A stretch of DNA of 32,000 bases, taken from positions 1 to 32,000 of the forward strand of contig BAAFSQ010000044.1 of NCBI GenBank assembly GCA_054661495.1, given 5' to 3'. Each line of letters begins with the position of its first letter. Position 1 is the stretch's first letter. Source of the stretch: Zygophlyctis sp. KS116. Lineage: Eukaryota > Fungi > Chytridiomycota. Shown here piece after piece: positions 23,638 through 32,000 of the stretch. The notes under the pieces are model-generated. The model saw only the letters and a list, made by a program, of their open reading frames with translations, ran no database searches and had not been told where the DNA came from. The translations under genes were made by a program, and so were the position numbers.

Positions 23638-24516
23638 TCAATCAATAACAGAATCGCCTGGATCAATTGGTGATCTCTTTACTCTAAGATTTTCATCATA
23701 CATTTTCCCGATAAAAGATTGTGAATAATGATAAATAGTATAAGAAGATATCAGGATGAATGCAGACATTATAGAAAAAACATAAATACATCCAAAACTC
23801 TGATTACTGAAAAATTTAGAAAGTGCTGCCATTAGATAATGCAGACACAAAGTTGAAGAGACTATCATGATTTTAGATTTGGAATTTTGACGATGTCCAT
23901 GAAAACAAAGGATTGTTAATATAGTGTAAACAAGACTTAATAGCATGATTGTGATTCCTAAATCTTTAAAAAAAGATGTATTACCTGTAGTAAAATATAA
24001 ATCTATCGGACACGTAGAAGATAATATTATTCCCGCTCCTGCAGATTCAGCCAACTGCGTGGAATAATAGAGTAATGCATAAGTAAATCCGAGACCGACT
24101 CCATTTGCTAAAATTAATTTAAAAAGTATACCCAATGCATGATTAATTTGTTGTAAAAAGTCTGGTTCATCTAGTCCGATTTTGATTTCAGAAAGGCTTT
24201 AGAATTACATGGCGAATATTACCTGGTCGTTTTAAATGATAAATACCAACTTGCTTGCTGAATTACAGTGAATATTAAAAGAGAAGAATAATATGATGCA
24301 TCAATATCTAAATTTTGAAACGCATAATACGATATTATAGCTGAAAGTAGTGTGCAGACCAACCAAATGAAGCTACTGATAATTATATTTCTTCGTAAAA
24401 TACCTTGATAAGAACAAGAATACTAAAAAGGGATAATGTGAGATGTGGAATATAAAGATGGCCAGAATAGGCCCAAATGCGACTGTAGCACAACCAATAA
24501 AACTGATGGCTGTCAT
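23638..24516 (-). CDS. APH1: gamma-secretase subunit APH-1, 5 exons
   Basis: N-terminus MTAISFIGCATVAFGP, then SSFIWLV, the GVGLG TM4 motif, AESAGAG...C and LCLHY. Introns 24376-24403, 24197-24222, 24108-24131 and 23958-23984. Confidence 0.85.
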
Positions 24517-24573
24517 CGCTGATTAAACAACACGTTCGGCTTTTGACTTGTCACGCTCGACCGACTGATCAAA

Positions 24574-25541
24574 ATGTGGAAATTGATGATTTCGCTGATT
24601 GCAAGCTTTTTGTCGGTTGACGCTTTTCAACAAAAGCTATCATTTGAATTATCTCGTGAAATCAGATCAGCTCTCGATCCAATCATTATTGATCCATCCT
24701 TTGATCAACAGTCTGTAAAACCTCTAAAAATTATACAATTTTGCGGTAGAATTTTGGCTGAATGTATTCTGAATTCGCAATGTAGAAATACTCTACGTTG
24801 TATTAAAAAATGTCCAGTAGATCAAGTTGATTGCACAAATAATTGCTTTTTTCAATATTCTAATCCTATCTTTAATCATCTGGCAGAATGTATGATTAAA
24901 AATGAATGCTTGCCTCTAATCAGTTTCTCCAAGCACTCTTGCCCTTTTGGAGGTAATATTTCTTCCCGTAAGAACGGACTTATTGATCAAATATTTCTAA
25001 ATAAGGATAATATTGGGAGATATTATGTGGCTAGAGGTTGGAATAGAGGCTACGATTGTGTAAGTTTTATTAAATTCTAAAAATAAAGGCGGATTGTCAA
25101 AAATTAGAGTATGTTGGGGTAATAAGATCTCATGATGTATCTGATGATTACAAGAGATTGGATACATATTGGTCTTCACAAGATAATAATGGAGTAGTTA
25201 AAACTGTTAATAATACGTTGGTTCAAGATGGTCCGAGTACAATGACAACTAAATACAAGCTTTTTGGAATGGATGTAGAAGAACATTATTACTTATTAGA
25301 TTGGACAAATGATGGATCATGGGTCATGTTTTACTATTGCGGATATGGATTTGGTTCAGAATATCAGGGGGGTTTATTGCTTACGAGAAATATAGATTTT
25401 GAAGAGATTCCATCAGATATAGAGATAGATTTTGATACATCAATACGAGATGCAAGACTCTCTGATTATCTAGGACCAATTTCAGAATGGTGTCAGCCTA
25501 ATTTTACACAAGATTGTAAAGGATTTTGGATTAAAGACTAA
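24574..25541 (+). CDS. secreted violaxanthin de-epoxidase-family (VDE/VDL/VDR-like) protein: Cys-rich domain plus lipocalin
   Basis: Signal peptide; C-x6-C-x5-C-x5-C-x3-C-x6-C-x3-C...C-x5-C domain; YYVARGWNRGYDC|ADCQ; EEHYYLL; MFYYCG; YQGGLLLTR. Intron 25060-25088. Confidence 0.8.
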
Positions 25542-25588
25542 TATTACTCAATATAATACCAGTTTATTACATTTTCAATTTGTTTGTT

Positions 25589-26757
25589 TTAAAAATACTT
25601 GTAATTCTTTGGACTATGAAAGATTGATTTAGATTTATCTTCAAATTCATCTTCGAATTTCTTGGAGAATCCAGCTCTAAATGGTCTTTTTTTAGGAGGT
25701 AATGGATCAAGATTTTCAGTTTCCATTTTATGAGAATCAAGATTTTCAGTTTCCATTTTATGAGAATCAAGTTCCTCCTTAAACTCTTTTTCAACATCCA
25801 ATCCTTGAATACAATAGAACTTCCCGCTACTTCCATCTTTATATCCTTCAAGATATAACTCAAACGGTGGTTTTTTAGTCACATCCTTTAATGCCGTAAA
25901 TGCATTTCCTTCTCCAGACTCTAAAGACACATTAAATCTCGCATACTGTTTTGTAAATACTGGAGTTTCATTAATCACAACATGATACTGATCGACTGTA
26001 CCATGATTATTAGTAATCCCAATTTTAGGATCAAGAAGTAGCGCAGAAATTCTAGGTACAAGAGATTTAACTACAGTCTTCATAGAAAATGACACAATAG
26101 GAGGAAGCAAGTGATGAAACATCTTGAGGAAAATATTTGCAAAAGGATGTTTATCCATTACAGCCTAATTTTTAAAAATTACAAAGGAATTACATCAATA
26201 GAAGTGAATTTAATATCAAAAGTCTTCAAAACTGGAGTAGCTTGTTTGGTATCACTTAAATAAGCAAGTCCTAATTGTGCAAAAGGATTAACACCAGTGA
26301 TCGTGATATTTGCATTCCCATTCTTCAAAAATCTACTCATCAGATTTGCAATGCATTACCTAAGATTTGTACTAAAGTTTACAGCGCACTTTAAATCCAT
26401 TGTAAACGTTAAACCCACCAAATCAGTATCGAAAAAAACTCCAGTAGTTTCCAATGTTTTGTAAATTCGGACTCCATGACATCTTGTATCATTGAATACA
26501 ACCTTGATTGCTCCCAATGAACCGATTGGGATTTGAGAAGGAGGCAACGGCAATTCCACTTGCGTCAAAACTAATTCTATTATGCCAAATATCAATGGAT
26601 TCATCTCCTGCACTAGACTGCTATTAATGACAGTTTCAACTCCATAGAGAATGTCATCCATCTCTTCAGTCTCTTTGGCCGCCTTGGACCAAAAACTCCA
26701 TGCATCGGTGGAACTTATCAGGGCAAAATAGCTTAACAAGAGGAAAATCACTTTCAT
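25589..26757 (-). CDS. secreted protein, possibly TULIP (LBP/BPI-like) lipid-binding fold, 3 exons
   Basis: Signal peptide MKVIFLLLSYFALISSTDA, long amphipathic beta-strands followed by a long helix, charged tail. Two introns (27 and 29 nt) join ORFs 26356-26787 and 25589-26158. The fold call is a guess. Confidence 0.6.
25706..25771 (-). repeat. perfect 30 nt coding tandem duplication (LDSHKMETEN x2)
   Basis: atcaagattttcagtttccattttatgaga twice, followed by atcaag. Confidence 0.92.
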
Positions 26758-26821
26758 TACACTCAATTTGCTTAAACGGAGAGTCACACGCAGTCGGAAG
26801 CGAAAGCCTCGGCTCCGTAAA

Positions 26822-29777
26822 CTACTCCTTGGTGGTCTTTTGAGCAGCAGAAGCCCTCCAAGCAGTGATTTTCGCCTTGAGATCCACGTTTGGAATCACA
26901 TCTTCAATCTTTAGAGGTTGTCGATTAAACGGATCATGATTGTCAGAGAGTAGATGAGACTTGATTGTTGCCAAATCTACAGTTACTTGACTCGAGGGTA
27001 AAATGACTGGCTCTTCCATTAAAGTAAATAAAAGTGGATCTAAATTTGGTTAAACAGATAATAAATACCTAAAAATTCTTCTGGTACTTCACCCAATTCT
27101 TCTTCTTGAGAAACCTCGCTCTTAATCCTTTCTTCGACATGATCGACAAACTTGTACAAAACTTGGAGTTCAGCCTAGAAATTTAGAAAATATAATTTAC
27201 ATCCTTTTTCAGGGCATGTTTGAATAGTATTGATCCAGCTTTATAAAAAAGTTGTTTTGAATATGATCTTCCATCTCTAATAATTAAAATTATTCATCAT
27301 ACTTTGCAACAGCAGAAATGAATTCGACCCTTTGGCTTAAATTCATATAAATTTGAACAATATTATTCAAGAGTTCTTTTGGATTAAATCTATATTTTTC
27401 TGGCTCTCGAACCTTTAATTCTGAGCATCGCGGGCCACATAAAGCTACAAGATTAAAATTGAGCATGGCAGCTAAGCGATCAACAACTTCTGGAGCCATA
27501 AATGGATCAATCATTTCAGAGCAACTAGTAAGATATTCGAACATATTGACAGTCTCTCTACCCAGAGACATGGTAGAGAGAGCCTGTTTTTCATACTGTG
27601 CAAGTGATTCAATTTTTTGGTTTCTTGCTTCCTGATCTTCTTGACTCGCATTCACAAGAGGTAATTCTAACTCGTTTTGAATTGTTTGAATTTCTTTTAA
27701 TTTTGATAAACTTTCATCAAGTAAGTAAGTAGTATCATTCATCAAAAGAGCAGCAAAACGTACAAATTGCTCCTTGTTCTTACTCTCCCTTATAAACATT
27801 TTTCTGTGTTGACTATCTTCCCATACGCTTTTAAAAATTTGAGATATATGATATCTAATGCTAAACTTTTCATAAAATTGACTATGCATTCCAGACTGTT
27901 CAACATCAATGTAGAATTTTGTTAAACAGTGAATCAAATTCTCTTGAGCAAAATCATGAGTCCGGAATATATCATTCAAGCTTCCAAATTTTCTTCCAGA
28001 AGTATCTTGGTATAATGCGTGTGTAAAATGATACAAAATTTCTACAAGCTTGCTCTTTAAGTACGGATTCCTTAAATATGAACTATTGCACAGAAATACG
28101 AGAGCAAATGTTACGATTTCATTCCGAGAGATTGTCTCAAAATAATTTGTTTTGACCCTTAGTACATGGAGATAGAATTCACATATATCATCAAAAATCC
28201 ATTCAGGAACCATGCAAAATAATTTCGGTGGCTGAGGCTTGAGAGACATGAGAGATTTATTCTTGCAGCCTCCCCCAATAACGTCTGGTAAATCCATTCT
28301 ATTAAAATCATTTATAGGTACTGTTTCAGAGGCAGCGCATCGAATCAACCACAGAATAGCTAAATTGTAAAACTTAAGAGTAAGAGTAACATTATGTTTA
28401 TCAAGCAAAACACCATCAATCGCCAACTTTTCCCCAATCAGTTTGTCAAATTGATTTTGAAAGTTTTTAAATTGATTAGAGTACATTGCCTGCATTGGTC
28501 CATTCCAAGCACCACTAAGTTCATCTTGTCTTAATTTTTCTACTTGTTCCTTCATTTTATCCAACTGTTTCCCTAAATTTCCAGAATAACGTATTATACT
28601 CAGTATACCATAGTGATGATATGATAAAGTGAGAAAGAATATTTCAGATACAAAGTTGGCAGATTGATTTTCTGAATCTTTCAACTCTTTATGAAAATCG
28701 TCTGCTTGTGTTTGATCTGCGTGAATTCTTGTATCCTGCTGTACATCCAGCCATTCTGTTAAAAAAAGACAAGAATCCCTTATTAAATGAAACTTTGTAA
28801 AGTAATGATCCAAAAGTGGATCACAAAGAGCTAAGCAAATTCTAGATATATTATACATGAAACCATTTGTAGCAACCTGTCTTAGATCCATCTTCCATTA
28901 CAATTCTATAAATTACCTGTAATTTTCCACGATCTTTATTAAGTTTTAAAACTGTAGAAAAGAATTCCAACATCCTTGCTTTTCCTTCACTCCCAGACTT
29001 TATAATAGTAAAAATTGTGGAACTTGCAATTTTCGAAACAAAATCAGCCAAATAAACTAAATTCTTTTGAGCAGACTCTACATCACTAAAATTCCTATTT
29101 CCAATCATTACACCATTGACAGTCAAACATTCTCCATTTACACCATAAGAAGAAAACCAATTTGTAAGTAATTTGGGATCTCCATCTGGAAAAACACTAG
29201 AATTACTTAAAAAAGGCCCAAAAAGTGATAAATCCTGTATAGTTTTAGCTGTAGCCTGACTAGGTATAAATTCTAAATCTTGAACCAAAACTGTAACCAC
29301 TTCTGAAAACTCCATTAATTTAGAAAAACAAGTCAAAAAAGCCTTCAAATCTGTGTCTGTAATCCATTTTTGCCGCATTCGACTATTCAAATATTTGATC
29401 AAATCCAGTATTTGATTAGAGTAAGATTTAAAAAAATGCTGTAGAAAATCATCCTCTGGATTTTGATTTTCCAACAACTTATCAATAATTAGTCTAAATC
29501 CAATTTTAGAAGAAAATCCAAACAAATCACTGGTCTCATTATCTAGCACAAGCCCAACATAATTCATTACAAGTTGTTTTTCCGATGATGTCCGATAAAC
29601 ATGAAGCAAATAATTAAATGCGCAAACGTCGGTTTCAAAAGTCCCACATTTAAAATAAAGAATTCTTTCAATTAATGAGTCATCAAACTCTTTAATATTC
29701 TCGGCTTCGCATTCCCTAGCAAATTCCAGACTATAATATTGAGATTTGGGGTCAATAGAGATCAAGAAACTTTCCAT
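26822..29777 (-). CDS. UFD2: ubiquitin conjugation factor E4 (U-box), 5 exons
   Basis: NFVSEIFFL, RNPYLKSKLVEIL, QFYEKFSIRY, LMNDTTYLLDESL, RLAAMLNFNL, LCGPRCSELKV and U-box VPEEFL|DPL...DPFNRQPL. Four 25-29 nt introns, e.g. 28892-28916. Confidence 0.96.
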
Positions 29778-29848
29778 TTTCGACCGTCGGTTGAACCTTG
29801 AACACAACCCTCCAGAAAACCAACTGATTAAAACTCAAAGAACTTTTA

Positions 29849-30535
29849 ATGGCAAGAAAGGGATGGAAAAGAAATGATTTAGATCCTATATTCAGTATAA
29901 TATCAGACTGGAGAGAATCTAATATTGCTCCTGTAGATACAATGGGCTGTGATGCACTTGCTGATAAGAAGGATTTAAAAAAGTTTAGGTTTCAAACATT
30001 GATTGCATTGATTTTATCTTCTCAGACTAAAGATCAGACAGTGGCAGAGGCTGTTAGAAAGCTGCAAGAATATGATTTATCCGTCGATGGAGTTTTAAAA
30101 ATGGATAAAAATACTCTGCATGAATGCATTTCAAAAGTCGGATTTCATAACAGAAAGTTGGAATATATACTAAAAACGAGTCAAATTCTTAATGAAAAGT
30201 ATGATGGAGATGTTCCTAAAGATGCTCAGGAATTAATGCGATTGCCGGGAGTTGGTCCGAAAATGGCATATTTAACGGTTCAAGTGGCATGGGGAGAAAT
30301 ACAGGGAATTGGAGTAGATACTCATGTTCATAGAATTTCAAATCGTATAGGATGGGTAAAAACTAAAACTCCAGAAGAATCAAGATTAGAATTACAAGAT
30401 TGGTTACCAAAGTCACATTGGGCAAAGATCAATCATTTATTAGTAGGATTTGGACAATTGCATTGTAAGCCGGTTAAACCAAGCTGTGGCGATTGTCCAG
30501 TACAGGAGTATTGTCAAAAGAATCTTAAAAAGTGA
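29849..30535 (+). CDS. NTH1: endonuclease III-like DNA glycosylase/AP lyase
   Basis: APVDTMGC, LSSQTKD, HhH LPGVGPKMA, VDTHVHRI and 4Fe-4S motif C-x6-C-x2-C-x5-C. Intronless. Confidence 0.96.
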   Translation: MARKGWKRNDLDPIFSIISDWRESNIAPVDTMGCDALADKKDLKKFRFQTLIALILSSQTKDQTVAEAVRKLQEYDLSVDGVLKMDKNTLHECISKVGFHNRKLEYILKTSQILNEKYDGDVPKDAQELMRLPGVGPKMAYLTVQVAWGEIQGIGVDTHVHRISNRIGWVKTKTPEESRLELQDWLPKSHWAKINHLLVGFGQLHCKPVKPSCGDCPVQEYCQKNLKK

Positions 30536-30587
30536 CTTATTATTATAGATTCTTGAGTTTGTCAGTCATACCCTAACTGCCTAAGGA

Positions 30588-31775
30588 ATGACGCTAGATT
30601 GGAATAATCTAAAGTTTGAATACTTGCAAACAAGATCGTTTATAAAATATGTCTGGAATGGGAGTTGGGATAGTGGATCTTTGATTAGCGATCCATTCAT
30701 CAATTTACATATTGATGCCACTGCCTTGCATTATGGACAAACATGTTTTGAAGGATTAAAGGCATTCCATATGGCTGATGGTAAAATTAGAATTTTTAGA
30801 CCATTGCTTAATGCTAAACGGTTGCAATCGTCTTGTAATGCCGTATCTTTGGAGCCACCTCCATTTGATTTGTTTTTGGACGCTTTAAAAAGAGTTGTTA
30901 TCGATAATTCTGATTTTGTGCCTCCATATGGATCAGGAGGATCTCTTTATATTAGACCATTTGTTATTGGTTCGGGAGTAAAAATCGGATTGTCTCCTTC
31001 GCCTGAAACTACATTTATGATCTTTGTTAATCCTGTTGGAAATTACTATCCGGGAGGAATTGGATCTCCTGTAAAAGCACTAATTATGCATGGGTTTGAT
31101 CGTGCAGCACCAAGAGGGACAGGTAATGTGAAAGTTGGAGGTAAATCATTTTATTAATTTTAGGAAATTACGCTCCTTGTTTGGGACCATCACTGGCTGC
31201 CAGGAAGAAAGGTTATACGATAACATTGTTTTTGGATGCAAAAACACAAGATGTAATTAATTATATGCTAAATTAAGAACGTTGAAGAGTTCTCTTCTTC
31301 TAATTTTGCTGCCTTGACTCATCCAGACTCTTTGGGTCAAAGATCTTATGTTACACCCAAATCAGCGTCTATTCTTCCGTCAGTCACCAATAGATCCTTA
31401 ATGGAAATAGCAAGGCGATTATTTGGATGGAAATCTGAAAGACGAGATATACCGTGGAAGTCTGTTATGGCTGGTGAATTTTCAGAAATTGTAGCTTGTG
31501 GTACTGCAGCGATTCTTACGCCGATTGGTGAAATTCATCGAGAAGTTCCAACTTGCAAAAAATCAAAGAATAAGCTATATAAAACTGAAGAGGAAAAGAT
31601 TTGGGATGATTCTGATTCTGAATATGAGATAGACGTGCAGAAAATTAAGATTTGTGATTCAATAGACGGATTTAAAAAACTATATGATGCTTATAGAGCA
31701 TTGCAGGTAGGGGATCTAGAAAATTGGCAAGAATTTAATTGGATGTGGCCCTCTGATGGATTTGAGAGAAATTAG
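30588..31775 (+). CDS. ilvE: branched-chain amino acid aminotransferase (PLP fold IV), 3 exons
   Basis: LHYGQTCFEGLKA, LYIRP, catalytic Lys in KVGG|NYA, EEFSSSN, ILPSVT and GTAA. Introns 31141-31163 (23 nt) and 31253-31277. Confidence 0.93.
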
Positions 31776-32000
31776 CAGCCAAGACTCATTGTTCGTGTAT
31801 TTGTTGATATTGAACAATGGGGTATCAAATATTGGATCAATCTTAGTATTTGATATTAGAAATGGTTAATAAAAAAGAAAGAGTTATTGATGTTGTGAAA
31901 GAAAATGCAGTTTGGTAAACGGACTATTTGATAATTCTTAGGATTAATGCAATCGCAAAAGAGAAGATTACTGCTGAATCATGGGAGAAAAATTGGGGAT

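Noticed and set aside
25119-25154. Possible second, in-frame 36 nt intron in the VDE-like gene
   Set aside because: Longer than typical, reads as a plausible loop, and remembered VDE spacing does not favour removal.
31776-32000. Possible 3' end of a minus-strand gene (…SVYQTAFSFTTSITLSFLLTISNIKY*)
   Set aside because: Truncated by the window edge, with ambiguous frame and splicing.

Overview
AT-rich, very gene-dense eukaryotic nuclear DNA in the standard genetic code. It is most likely from a zoosporic, chytrid-like fungus; this is inferred from fungal-type housekeeping proteins plus cilium/centriole-associated genes and gamma-secretase APH-1. About 26 protein genes are packed 7-240 nt apart over most of the window, and one convergent pair overlaps. 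The ORF track is fragmented because the genes carry about 75 hand-reconstructed GT-AG introns, nearly all 23-34 nt long, with AAG acceptors commoner than CAG. Recognisable genes are NDUFAF6, mitochondrial L9, RER1, TCD, PPP2R3C, MDH, an ankyrin protein, SEC8 (24 introns), adjacent PGK and TPI, AXDND1, a membrane J-protein, a FUZ/MON1/HPS1-like longin, a probable NDUFC2, an EH-domain protein, APH1, UFD2, NTH1 and a bacterial/plant-type BCAT. The most unusual content is: (i) a secreted violaxanthin de-epoxidase-like lipocalin in an apparently non-photosynthetic organism; (ii) an intron-free island at about 20-22.7 kb of His-rich secreted/GPI paralogues, including a recent duplication with MEF2/Rlm1-type boxes and a polycationic HKKxKx-repeat protein; (iii) the ultra-short-intron splicing system itself. 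All splice models were read by eye and need RNA confirmation.
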